Origin: Spirochaetaceae bacterium
GTDB lineage: Bacteria > Spirochaetota > Spirochaetia > DSM-27196 > SKKC01
Assembly: GCA_007694005.1 (NCBI GenBank)
Contig: RECN01000086.1
Span: 42,095 to 106,094 of the forward strand
Direction of reading: 5' to 3'
Length of the DNA stretch: 64,000 nucleotides
The stretch's first letter is position 1. The number at the start of each line of letters is the position of its first letter. Below the pieces are notes generated by a model. The model searched no databases, was not told the DNA's origin, and saw only the letters and a program-made list of their open reading frames with translations. Positions 9,536 to 18,509 of the stretch are shown in pieces. A program made the translations under genes and the position numbers.

Positions 9536-10276
9536 ATGTCGACGAAATCGATCGTCCTGCTCGATCTCCTGTGTACGCTGCATCCCGACACGCCACGCGA
9601 ACGTCTTATGGCTGCGATCGTCTGCGGTGACATACGCGTCAACGACGAAACGGTGCGTAATCCCAAAGTACGGGTTTCGGCGAATGCGCGTCTTGACTGG
9701 CTGCCCGAACGACCGGTCGGTCGAGGCTACGACAAGCTGCAGGCTGCGCTCCATGCCTTCTCAGTAGATTGTCGTGACAGTATCGTACTCGATGCCGGGA
9801 GCTCGACTGGTGGTTTTACGCAGTGCGTGCTCGATAGCGGAGCGCGCTCGGTATACGCGGTCGACGTCGGCAGAAATCAGCTTGCATGGCGCCTGCGCAG
9901 CGACAGCCGTGTTATCGTCATGGAAGGAACGAACGTCCTCGCCCTCGGACCGGACGATCTCCAGCCCCGACCCGATTTTGCGGTGTGCGATCTCAGCTTT
10001 CGAAGTCTCAGGCAGGCTGCGGCGCACATCGCACGGCTTACCTGCACAGGGCGCCTGATTGCGCTCGCAAAGCCTCAGTTTGAAGGCGCAGCGGGAGCAG
10101 GGTTTGACGGCGTAGTCAGTGACCGTACGGGCGACGAACTCATCACGGAACTGATCCGTGATCTGACTATTGAGGGCCTGCTATGCAGCGGAAAGATACC
10201 ATCTGCGCTGCGGGGTCGGAAGGGCAACCAGGAATACTTCCTGCATCTCCACCTGGAACCGAATACCTCAACTTGA
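9536..10276 (+). CDS. tlyA: TlyA-family rRNA 2'-O-methyltransferase (hemolysin A)
   Basis: S4-like N-terminus, SAM motif LDAGSSTGGFTQCVL, and a length near 246 aa. Confidence 0.88.
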   Translation: MSTKSIVLLDLLCTLHPDTPRERLMAAIVCGDIRVNDETVRNPKVRVSANARLDWLPERPVGRGYDKLQAALHAFSVDCRDSIVLDAGSSTGGFTQCVLDSGARSVYAVDVGRNQLAWRLRSDSRVIVMEGTNVLALGPDDLQPRPDFAVCDLSFRSLRQAAAHIARLTCTGRLIALAKPQFEGAAGAGFDGVVSDRTGDELITELIRDLTIEGLLCSGKIPSALRGRKGNQEYFLHLHLEPNTST

Positions 10277-11095
10277 GAAGGAATTGCGACCAAGCGGTGT
10301 TCCGATGTTTACACCTTCTCCACCGAGCCACTCTACATTCTGCCCTTCGATCAGGAACTGTACCCGGTCTATGGACGAAAACTCTGTAGCCGAGTAGATG
10401 ATCTGTGTGAGCTGTGCCCGGTAGCCTTCGACACCCATGGGGTTAAATCGAAAGGCCTCGTTGAAACTCAGGTACGCCACGCCGTTTCGCACACTCGCGG
10501 AGAGCAGACGGCTGCCATCCGGGATCAGGTTCAAAAGCCCGCGCGAAAGTTCAGTTGAGGTCGGCCCTGCCAGCAGGACCTCTATGGTTCGGGTCAGCGG
10601 CGCGCTGTCGTACTGTACTGATCGTTCAACACCCTCCGGATGTATCCGACCGTCGTCAGTGACACGGATATAGTACACCGTCCCCCGGCGAACCTGTGCT
10701 GGCGCCGCCTCTTCCTCGGGGGCTGGCGTCGGACCTGGTTCGACGTCAGGCTGTGGCTCCGGTGTAACGGTGTCCTCCGTCTCGGGTTCCGGACCCGGTT
10801 CGGGGAGAATATCGGTATCAACATCCGGGCGGGCATCCGGCACCTCGACGTCGGGAACAACAGGGACTGTTTCAGGGGGGGCTGTTGGTTCCTGTTCCGG
10901 GCGGGTGACAATAGGGTCATCGGCTGCATCATCGGCATCGTCCGCGAAACGTCGCTGTATGACTTCAATGAGTTGTGTCGATTCGAGAACTGACTCGATT
11001 CGTGGCCTGTTAATGAGAAACACAACGAGGACTAACAGTATAAATGCGATCCAGAAGAGCACCCCCAGACCGGACCGCGAACGTTTTCGTGCCAT
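10268..11095 (-). CDS. GerMN domain-containing membrane-anchored protein
   Basis: N-terminal TM anchor (GVLFWIAFILLVLVVFLI), an 85-aa Pro/Glu/Asp-rich linker, and a C-terminal GerMN-like region (TVYYIRVTDDGRIHP, LNLIPDGSRLL, VAYLSFNEAF). Confidence 0.7.
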   Translation of the reverse strand: MARKRSRSGLGVLFWIAFILLVLVVFLINRPRIESVLESTQLIEVIQRRFADDADDAADDPIVTRPEQEPTAPPETVPVVPDVEVPDARPDVDTDILPEPGPEPETEDTVTPEPQPDVEPGPTPAPEEEAAPAQVRRGTVYYIRVTDDGRIHPEGVERSVQYDSAPLTRTIEVLLAGPTSTELSRGLLNLIPDGSRLLSASVRNGVAYLSFNEAFRFNPMGVEGYRAQLTQIIYSATEFSSIDRVQFLIEGQNVEWLGGEGVNIGTPLGRNSFSS

Positions 11096-11137
11096 ATCTG
11101 TTCTGTTTATCGGCGTACGGTCGCGGTCTGTTTATAT

Positions 11138-11167
11138 TTGACCAGCCGCACAGGCCCCGCGTATGAT
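11138..11167 (+). promoter_or_regulatory. sigma70-like promoter for ptsI (TTGACC-N18-TATGAT)
   Basis: The -35 TTGACC is at 11138-11143 and the -10 TATGAT is at 11162-11167. The ptsI ATG at 11177 lies only 9 nt after the -10, and no SD is present. Confidence 0.45.
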
Positions 11168-11176
11168 GTTTTCGTT

Positions 11177-12919
11177 ATGCAGAAACTGAGCGGAATACCG
11201 GCATCTCCAGGAATTGCTGTCGGACGAGTCCACATACACATGGAAGATCAGCCGCCGGTTCCGCGTTTCTCTGTAGAAGAGAGAGCATTTCCTGAAGAAC
11301 TCGAGCGCTTCAGACACGCGGTAGACCGTGCACGGGAAGAGTTGATGAAGCTCCGGGACCGGGCGGAAACCGTTCAGAACGGGAGCAATGCGGATTTTCT
11401 TGACAGTCACCTTCTCATGCTTTCAGACAGCGAGTTTCTCAGTCGTGTTGAACATGGTGTTCAGGAGTCCGGAAGAAACGTCGAATGGGTTCTTCACGAG
11501 GAGACACAGTCTGTCGTCCGGAAACTCGCGAATCTCGATGACCAGTATCTGCGCGAACGCTCGGTGGATATTCACGATGTCGGACGACGCATACTCAATC
11601 ATCTCATGTACCGGGAGCGGATTTCGCTCTCGGATCTCAGCCGCGAGGTTGTCGTGGTTGCCCACGATCTGATGCCGTCTGACGCCATAGACATGAACAA
11701 GCGCATGGTACGGGGTATTGCGATGGATGCCGGCGGTAAGACCAGCCACACCGCTATTCTGGCCCGTGCATTTAAGATACCGGCTGTTCTCGGCCTCGGC
11801 GATTTCTCCGGGTCCGCGACAAACGGTTCGCGACTCATCGTCGATGGCTCCAGGGGTCTGGTGATCCTCGATCCTGATGAAGATACCCTGCGGGACTACA
11901 GGGAGCAGCTGTCGGCGTATCGCAAGCGCGAAGTGCAGCTTATGAGCCTGAACGATCTCCCTGCCGAAACACGGGACGGTAAGCTCATTCATCTGAAAGC
12001 TAACATCGAGATACCCGAAGAAGTCGACGCCGGATTCTCTCACGGCGCTGACGGAGTCGGTCTGTTTCGAAGCGAGTTTCTCTTTCTTCACGCAGGCCGT
12101 ATCCCCGACGAAGAATCCCAGTATCAGACCTACCGGCAGGTCCTCGAAGCGATGAACCCGAAACCGGTGACCATACGCACACTCGACGTCGGAGGCGATA
12201 AAATCATCCCGAGTCTGATTAACTACCCGGAGAAGAATCCTATACTCGGGTGGAGAGCCATACGATTCTGTCTTTCCCGTCCAGAGATCTTCCGCAGTCA
12301 GCTTCGAGCTCTGCTCAGAGCGTCAGTGCACGGCCAGCTACGAATCATGTTTCCCATGATATCAGGTGTGGAGGAACTGAACCGTGCGCTCGAAATACTC
12401 GAGGCGGTTAAACTGGAAATGAAGTCGGCGGGAGAAGAGTTCTCTTCGAGCATACCGATAGGAATAATGGTTGAGATCCCGAGCGCCGCGGTTACCTCTG
12501 ATATTCTCGCACGGCGCGTGGACTTTTTCTCAATAGGTACCAACGACCTTATTCAGTATACTATCGCTGTCGATCGTGGAAATGAACGCACGACCTACCT
12601 GTATGAACCCTTTCATCCTGGTATACTGCGCCTGCTGACCATGATCATCGATAACGCGCATAATGCAGGTATACCTGTCGGGATGTGCGGAGAAATGGCA
12701 GGCGATCCCCTTGCAACCATGCTTCTTCTGGGCATGGGACTTGATGAGTTCAGCATGAGCTCAGTCGGTATACCGGAAGTGAAAAGAATCATCCGTTCTG
12801 TTACCATGGGCGAGGCCGAAGAACTCGTGGGAACGGTCATGGATATGCGAAGTTATGTCGACATCGACGCTTACATCAAAAAGCTCATGCAGGAGCGCTT
12901 TGATGTTCGAGTTTATTAA
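11177..12919 (+). CDS. ptsI: phosphoenolpyruvate-protein phosphotransferase (PTS enzyme I)
   Basis: N-terminus MQKLSGIPASPGIAVG, active-site GGKTSHTAILARAFKIPAV, plus FFSIGTNDLIQY and GMCGEMAGDP. The track start at 11138 is a TTG that coincides with the -35 box. Confidence 0.93.
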   Translation: MQKLSGIPASPGIAVGRVHIHMEDQPPVPRFSVEERAFPEELERFRHAVDRAREELMKLRDRAETVQNGSNADFLDSHLLMLSDSEFLSRVEHGVQESGRNVEWVLHEETQSVVRKLANLDDQYLRERSVDIHDVGRRILNHLMYRERISLSDLSREVVVVAHDLMPSDAIDMNKRMVRGIAMDAGGKTSHTAILARAFKIPAVLGLGDFSGSATNGSRLIVDGSRGLVILDPDEDTLRDYREQLSAYRKREVQLMSLNDLPAETRDGKLIHLKANIEIPEEVDAGFSHGADGVGLFRSEFLFLHAGRIPDEESQYQTYRQVLEAMNPKPVTIRTLDVGGDKIIPSLINYPEKNPILGWRAIRFCLSRPEIFRSQLRALLRASVHGQLRIMFPMISGVEELNRALEILEAVKLEMKSAGEEFSSSIPIGIMVEIPSAAVTSDILARRVDFFSIGTNDLIQYTIAVDRGNERTTYLYEPFHPGILRLLTMIIDNAHNAGIPVGMCGEMAGDPLATMLLLGMGLDEFSMSSVGIPEVKRIIRSVTMGEAEELVGTVMDMRSYVDIDAYIKKLMQERFDVRVY

Positions 12920-14290
12920 ATGGAACCCAAAAATCATATGTCTGTACCCAGAGTCGCCATAATAGGCAGGCCAAACGTCGGCAAGAGCACGCTTTTCAAT
13001 CGTCTTGCCGGATCTCGAATTGCAATCACCGACCATACACCCGGCGTCACCAGGGACACCGTTGAGTCATCCGTATACATCGATCCCTACACCTGTCTGC
13101 TTGTTGATACCGGAGGATACGTCGAGGGAAACGAGGGCTTTGACGGTCTCGTTCGGGAGCGAAGCCTTACCGAGGCGCGGCGTGCCGACCTTATTCTGTT
13201 TCTGCTCGACGTCACCGAGCTGACGCCTGCTGACGAAGAAGTCGCCGATATCCTGCGAAGGTATTCGGACAAGGTCATCGTAGCGGTCAACAAGGTGGAC
13301 TCGAAAAAACGCGAACTGCTTCTGCCCGAATTCTACGCGCTCGGCTTTCCCGTCGTCATTTCGTTCTCCGCAGCCCACGGTCTCGGCATGGAGGACGTTC
13401 ACGACGCGCTCACCGATCAGCTCAAACGTCTCGGGCACGTGCCGGACAATGGTATCGCGAAGCCGGCTGATAACCCTGAACTGACAACAGAGAACGGTCC
13501 TGTCAGAATCGCCATCCTCGGTAAGCCGAATACCGGTAAGAGCACGCTCGTGAATCGCCTGCTCGGCGAAGACAGGTCCATCGTTTCCGATATAGCCGGA
13601 ACGACCCGTGATATTGTCGCGGGAGATTTCATGTTTAAAGGACGGGAGTTTGTCGTTATGGATACCGCCGGAATACGGCGGAAACGCAGCGTAAACGACT
13701 CCGTGGAATACTATAGCGTAAATCGCGCGGTGCAGGCGGCCGAGGACTGCGACGTAGCGGTGCTCGTCGTTGACGCCGTCGAAGGTCTTGCCGATCAGGA
13801 AAAAAAGATCGCGCAGGTTATTATTCGACGCGGAAAGAGTATCGTTATTGCGTTGAACAAGTGGGACAGACTGAAGGATGTGCCGAATCTGCTTCAGGCG
13901 GTTCAGGATCGCATCGCCTTTGTGTTTCCGATTCTGTCGTTCGCTCCGGTCATACCGATTTCGGCGCTTGAAGGTGACGGCGTTTCAAGACTGTTGAACA
14001 TGATCGGGCACGTGCACAGCGAAGCGAATCGCAGAATAGACACGGGCCTGCTCAACCGGAAACTGTCCGAGTGGGTAGACCGGACACAGCCACCGGTGGT
14101 CGGACGCGGACGCCTGAAGTTCCGGTACATAACACAGGTCGGCGTACAGCCACCGACATTCGTTGTGTTCGTCAACCGCGAACACGGCGTTCCTGAACAG
14201 TATACGCGGTACATCATCAATTCTATCCGGCGGGATTTTGACTTTACTCATGTTCCCGTGCGCCTGGAGCTTCGAGCCAGACGGGGTTAA
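12920..14290 (+). CDS. der: ribosome biogenesis GTPase Der (EngA)
   Basis: Tandem G domains (GRPNVGKST/DTGG/NKVD and GKPNTGKST/DTAG/NKWD) plus a KH-like C-terminus. Confidence 0.93.
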   Translation: MEPKNHMSVPRVAIIGRPNVGKSTLFNRLAGSRIAITDHTPGVTRDTVESSVYIDPYTCLLVDTGGYVEGNEGFDGLVRERSLTEARRADLILFLLDVTELTPADEEVADILRRYSDKVIVAVNKVDSKKRELLLPEFYALGFPVVISFSAAHGLGMEDVHDALTDQLKRLGHVPDNGIAKPADNPELTTENGPVRIAILGKPNTGKSTLVNRLLGEDRSIVSDIAGTTRDIVAGDFMFKGREFVVMDTAGIRRKRSVNDSVEYYSVNRAVQAAEDCDVAVLVVDAVEGLADQEKKIAQVIIRRGKSIVIALNKWDRLKDVPNLLQAVQDRIAFVFPILSFAPVIPISALEGDGVSRLLNMIGHVHSEANRRIDTGLLNRKLSEWVDRTQPPVVGRGRLKFRYITQVGVQPPTFVVFVNREHGVPEQYTRYIINSIRRDFDFTHVPVRLELRARRG

Positions 14291-14293
14291 TCA

Positions 14294-15514
14294 GTGCGAC
14301 GCTATAGCATCGGTGAAGTCTGCAGTATCCTGGATGTGCCGGCCCATACGCTGCGATACTGGGAACAGGAAATCGACATCCTGCGCCCACAAAAAAACGA
14401 CGGAGGACGCCGTTCGTATAACGAGGCGGATCTTCAGCTTCTGTTCCGGTTAAAGTACCTTCTCTATACACGCAAGTTCACGCTTTCCGGCGCTCGCAGT
14501 CAGCTCATTCTCGACGCCGATACCGGCCGGAGTCGCTACGTAGCCTCAATTCGTGAACTGCGGTCCGATCTCTTTGAACTTCTGAACACGGTACAGTCTG
14601 TACATCTGCAGAGTTCCCGACGAAGCGAGTTACCCGAACTCCTGAAGTTGCGAAGCGATGCGTCCTACCTCGAGCGTCTCTGGCGACAGACGGCGCCGGA
14701 GTTCCGGACCGCTCTCTCGCGTACGCTCGAGCAGTTACCTGACTTCTGGATAGAGCACGTCAGGCGCTTGTGTGCACCCGGCCGACTGCTCTCCGATGCA
14801 GCTGACCCGTCCCTGAGGAAAATCGCCGTTACCGAGACGCTTTCGGCTGTCGGGAGAGAAGGTTCCGGGGATGAACGGACCGGGCCGGAGACACTGTTTC
14901 AGGACAAACCGGTTTCGGTACTGTGGATGCCCGGGACGGCCGAGGACATCGTTCGTGGCCTCGAGAGCGATCTGTGCGATCGGGTCTTTACCCTGTATAT
15001 CGCTGCCCTGCCTGAACAGGCCAGGCAGATTGAGGCCTTTACGCAAAGACGTCCTGTCGGTTCTCGCACACGGTCGGTTCCACGCTTCCCGCTACCCGTC
15101 CTGACCTCCGACGGATACCCGGTCATCGAGCGGGAAGGGCACATACGCACCGAGAAAGCCCCTCTCGCAGAGGCATTTGCTTCGGCGACGCTTCCACAGG
15201 TCCGCGGAGAGCTCCTCCTCCAGGGGGTCAGCACACTTGGACTGGTGATTGGCAACCCATCGGTAACTATCGATCCCCGAGTTGTCTCTCGACACCGACA
15301 GTCACACGCCTCATTGTCCATTTCTGTTCGAAAAAACGGCGCGAGGACGTCTCTCGCCGGTCCAATATGGGTCGATATCGGATTTCTTGCTCAGGCAATC
15401 CGCCCGTCGGGCCCTGCGACCGATGAACACCGGGGAGACGTTGTCGTTCCGCGTCTCGGTCTCGGTTCACTGATACACCGTGCCGCAGTCGCAAACGTCA
15501 TCCTCGTCGAGTAA
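14294..15514 (+). CDS. MerR-family HTH protein with a large uncharacterised C-terminal domain
   Basis: The N-terminal 70 aa (YSIGEVCSILDVPAHTLRYWEQEIDILRPQKNDGGRRSYNEADL) is a MerR-type wHTH. The remaining ~330 aa match no family I recognise. GTG start lies 3 nt after the der stop. Confidence 0.7.
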   Translation: MRRYSIGEVCSILDVPAHTLRYWEQEIDILRPQKNDGGRRSYNEADLQLLFRLKYLLYTRKFTLSGARSQLILDADTGRSRYVASIRELRSDLFELLNTVQSVHLQSSRRSELPELLKLRSDASYLERLWRQTAPEFRTALSRTLEQLPDFWIEHVRRLCAPGRLLSDAADPSLRKIAVTETLSAVGREGSGDERTGPETLFQDKPVSVLWMPGTAEDIVRGLESDLCDRVFTLYIAALPEQARQIEAFTQRRPVGSRTRSVPRFPLPVLTSDGYPVIEREGHIRTEKAPLAEAFASATLPQVRGELLLQGVSTLGLVIGNPSVTIDPRVVSRHRQSHASLSISVRKNGARTSLAGPIWVDIGFLAQAIRPSGPATDEHRGDVVVPRLGLGSLIHRAAVANVILVE

Positions 15515-15596
15515 TCTGCGCAATAGTGAAACGTATCCGGATGTTTGTTGTTTACCGTTGGAGTATGAACATGAGCGAGATATGGTATTCTATAGT

Positions 15597-18506
15597 ATGA
15601 AGCTTCTACTTATGTGCGCAGCGTTCTTTGCAGCGATCTCCGTCAGTGCGCAGACATCCGAACGAGAACTGTTCAATCAGGCCGAAACCCGCTTTCGGGT
15701 TGGCGACTTTGAGCTCGCGCTTGACCGCTACGAAACACTCGTCCGGGAGTATCCATCATCACGATTCGTCCCCGATGCCCGATTCCGGATCGGGGTAACC
15801 CTGCACCGTCTTGAACGCTATCAGGAAGCCCTGCGGGCGTTCCGCCAGGTCGAGCAGCGATTCCGGTCTACACAATATCTGCCTCTCGTACCGTTCTGGA
15901 CCGGTGTGACCCATTTCTATCTCGAAGACTATGAGTCGGCCCGAACGGCCCTGACTGTGTTTATCGACAACCGGCCCGAACACCCTGTCGTACGCCAGGC
16001 TCTGCTGTATCGGGCGCTTGCCGGCAGGGAGCTGGGACAGGATCCCGGTCCCGACGCGCGGCGGATACTGGACCGCACAGAGAACATAAACGAAGAACCC
16101 TTTGCGGTCACGCTGCTCATGCGTTCACTGCTTTCGCAGGAACGATTCGATGCGGTGACTGATCTTTTCGACCGCATCGACACCGAAGAACTCAGCGCGC
16201 AGTGGGCACCGCGGATTCTGTTGTACGCCGCTGAAGCCTATTTTGCGCTCGGTCAGGACGAAAACGCTGCAGCGCTCTTCCGGAACCTGGAATCCGCCGA
16301 CGCGGAGATCGCAGGCATAGCTCTCGAGAGGCTCTTTTCGTTCGCGCAGGCGGAAAACAATCTCGCGGAGGTCGACCGCATCGTTCTGCAGGCTGAACAG
16401 GTTCTCGCGTCACGCCCGAACATACTCATCGGTTTCTGGGAACGGGTCGGTATACAGAGCTTCCGGCACAATCGATACGATGTTGCCGAGCTGTATCTGA
16501 ATCGCGTCTGGGAAGCACGTTCGCGTCACGACATCACTGCCGTGGCGGTCGGGCATCTCGCCGAACTGCGAAGTCGTCGCGGCGACCGGGATGCAGCAAT
16601 CTCTCTGCTTGAAGAAACCGTTGATCGTTTTCGTGGGCAGGATCAGGAGCGTCTTCTGGTACGGCTCGGCGGCCTGTATCTTGCGACCGGGAATTACGAC
16701 CGGGCCGTCGAGACCTTCAGTCAGGTCGTTCAGACCTTTCCTGAAGGCAGTGAATACGTGTCGGCCTCGTATCAGCGCGCGTTCGCAAAGCTGCGCGCGG
16801 GTTCGCCCGTTGACGCAATTCAGATACTGAACGAACTGTTCCGCGAGGGCCGAACGAGTGGCTTTCTCCCGGAACTCAGACGCTTACAGGCACAGATTGC
16901 CTCACAGATCGGCGATCTCGAGACGGCAGCGACCGCGTGGCGCGACCTTCTGACAATCGAATCGGGCGATCAATCCGCGCGCATTGAGTACGCGAAAGTG
17001 CTGTTCCGGCAGGAGCGCTACACACAGGTCCTCGACCAGACATCGCGATTTTTTGAGAGTGTCGGTGACCGGAGAGACGATTTCCGGAATCTCTATCTTC
17101 AGGCACGGTATCTCGCCGGTCTCAGCAGCATCGTTGCACAGAACTATCCCGAATCCGTCACCCAGCTTTCGGTGTTCCGCGAGGCTGAGGATGCCGACGC
17201 TGACCCCGAAATACGCCGCATCGAACCCTACGGACGTTTTTACCTGGGGTGGGCGCTATACCGCCAGGGTCTCTGGGACGAGGCATATTCGGTGCTCTCG
17301 ACCCTGGGAACGCAGCTTCCCGCCCACGAACTCGCCGGTCGCAGCCTCTATCTTGCGGGGTGGAGTGCGTACATCTCAGGCGAATACAATTCTGCAATAG
17401 AGATGCTCACACTCATGCGCGGGCAGGACCTCAGCAGGCGGGAGGAAGTCGAGTCCCGGTACCTTCTGGCTCAGGCGCTTCGCTCGTCAGGAAATTCCGA
17501 GCGGGCGCTTGCGGAACTCAGGACGATTTATCGAGATTTTCCGGACAGTGAGTATGCCGACAACTCGCTTTTTGAATATGCGGAGTTGCTTGCATCACTT
17601 GGTCGGGAACGCGAATCCGCGAACCGCTTCCTGGACCTCTTCGAATTATTTCCCGAAAGTCCTCTCGCGGAGGATGCCCTGTACAGGCGTGGAGACGTGT
17701 ACTTCGAACTGGGTGACTATTCCGGAGCACGGGATGCATGGTTGCAGCACAGAAGCGAATACCCGTCCGGACGCCTCGTCGCCGGATCGCTCTACTGGAG
17801 TGGGGTAGCGTCCTACGAGTTGCGGGAAACAGGCGCTGCCCTGCTCGTGTGGGAACGGCTTATCAGTCAGCACCGCGACAGCGCGTTCCGTTTTGACGCT
17901 ATGGTTCGCGCCTCGAGTCTCTACGAACAGCGGGGTGACCTCAGGCAGGCGCTTAATCTACTTACCGAGGCGGTGGGACGGTATCCGGCACGCGCGTCGG
18001 AACGCACCCTGCAGAGCCGTGTTGACGAGCTGGTACTCCGTATCGGCGGCATCGGCGAGCAGGAAGCGAGTCTGCTTGTTGAGATCGAGCAGAACAACCG
18101 GGCGCGAAGCAGTGCGGGACGAAGCGCGATCCTGTCGCTCGCGCGCCTTGTGATCTATGAAAGCGTTGGAGAGTCGGTGAACCGACGACTCGTTCTTCCC
18201 CTTCTTCGTGAAGTCGTTACGCAGCGCAGTCAGGCACCTCAGGCGGCAGCCGAGGCACAGTTTCTCATCGGCGAATGGTATTTTCAGCAGGGTGATCTGA
18301 TAGATGCGGCCGCTGCGTTTCTGGATGCAGCAGACGTCAGCACTGATAATCAGGATCTTGCAGCACAGAGCCTGTTTCGCGCTGCCCAGGCGTACAGGCA
18401 GGCAAACAGACCTCAACTGGTGAGGGAAATCGTCGCCGGCATGCGGGACGGCTTTGAAGGCTCGGACTGGACTGCTGAAGCGGTCAGGCTTCTGGAAGGA
18501 CTGTAA
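15597..18506 (+). CDS. secreted multi-TPR protein with YbgF/CpoB/BamD-type repeats
   Basis: ORF 15480..18506. ATG 15597 yields signal peptide MKLLLMCAAFFAAISVSAQ. Repeated units of the type EYPSSRFVPDARFRIG, DFPDSEYADNSLFEYA, LFPESPLAEDALYRRG and EYPSGRLVAGSLYWSG are present. Confidence 0.75.
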   Translation: MKLLLMCAAFFAAISVSAQTSERELFNQAETRFRVGDFELALDRYETLVREYPSSRFVPDARFRIGVTLHRLERYQEALRAFRQVEQRFRSTQYLPLVPFWTGVTHFYLEDYESARTALTVFIDNRPEHPVVRQALLYRALAGRELGQDPGPDARRILDRTENINEEPFAVTLLMRSLLSQERFDAVTDLFDRIDTEELSAQWAPRILLYAAEAYFALGQDENAAALFRNLESADAEIAGIALERLFSFAQAENNLAEVDRIVLQAEQVLASRPNILIGFWERVGIQSFRHNRYDVAELYLNRVWEARSRHDITAVAVGHLAELRSRRGDRDAAISLLEETVDRFRGQDQERLLVRLGGLYLATGNYDRAVETFSQVVQTFPEGSEYVSASYQRAFAKLRAGSPVDAIQILNELFREGRTSGFLPELRRLQAQIASQIGDLETAATAWRDLLTIESGDQSARIEYAKVLFRQERYTQVLDQTSRFFESVGDRRDDFRNLYLQARYLAGLSSIVAQNYPESVTQLSVFREAEDADADPEIRRIEPYGRFYLGWALYRQGLWDEAYSVLSTLGTQLPAHELAGRSLYLAGWSAYISGEYNSAIEMLTLMRGQDLSRREEVESRYLLAQALRSSGNSERALAELRTIYRDFPDSEYADNSLFEYAELLASLGRERESANRFLDLFELFPESPLAEDALYRRGDVYFELGDYSGARDAWLQHRSEYPSGRLVAGSLYWSGVASYELRETGAALLVWERLISQHRDSAFRFDAMVRASSLYEQRGDLRQALNLLTEAVGRYPARASERTLQSRVDELVLRIGGIGEQEASLLVEIEQNNRARSSAGRSAILSLARLVIYESVGESVNRRLVLPLLREVVTQRSQAPQAAAEAQFLIGEWYFQQGDLIDAAAAFLDAADVSTDNQDLAAQSLFRAAQAYRQANRPQLVREIVAGMRDGFEGSDWTAEAVRLLEGL

Positions 18507-18509
18507 GGT

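Noticed and set aside
10690-10990. Possible tandem DNA repeats in the GerMN linker, and similarly at 21480-21800 in the TonB-like gene
   Set aside because: These are compositionally biased Pro/Glu/Asp/Thr-rich coding linkers with short imperfect PE/PD/PV peptide periodicity. They are not exact nucleotide tandem repeats, and nothing suggests a repeat-mediated mechanism.
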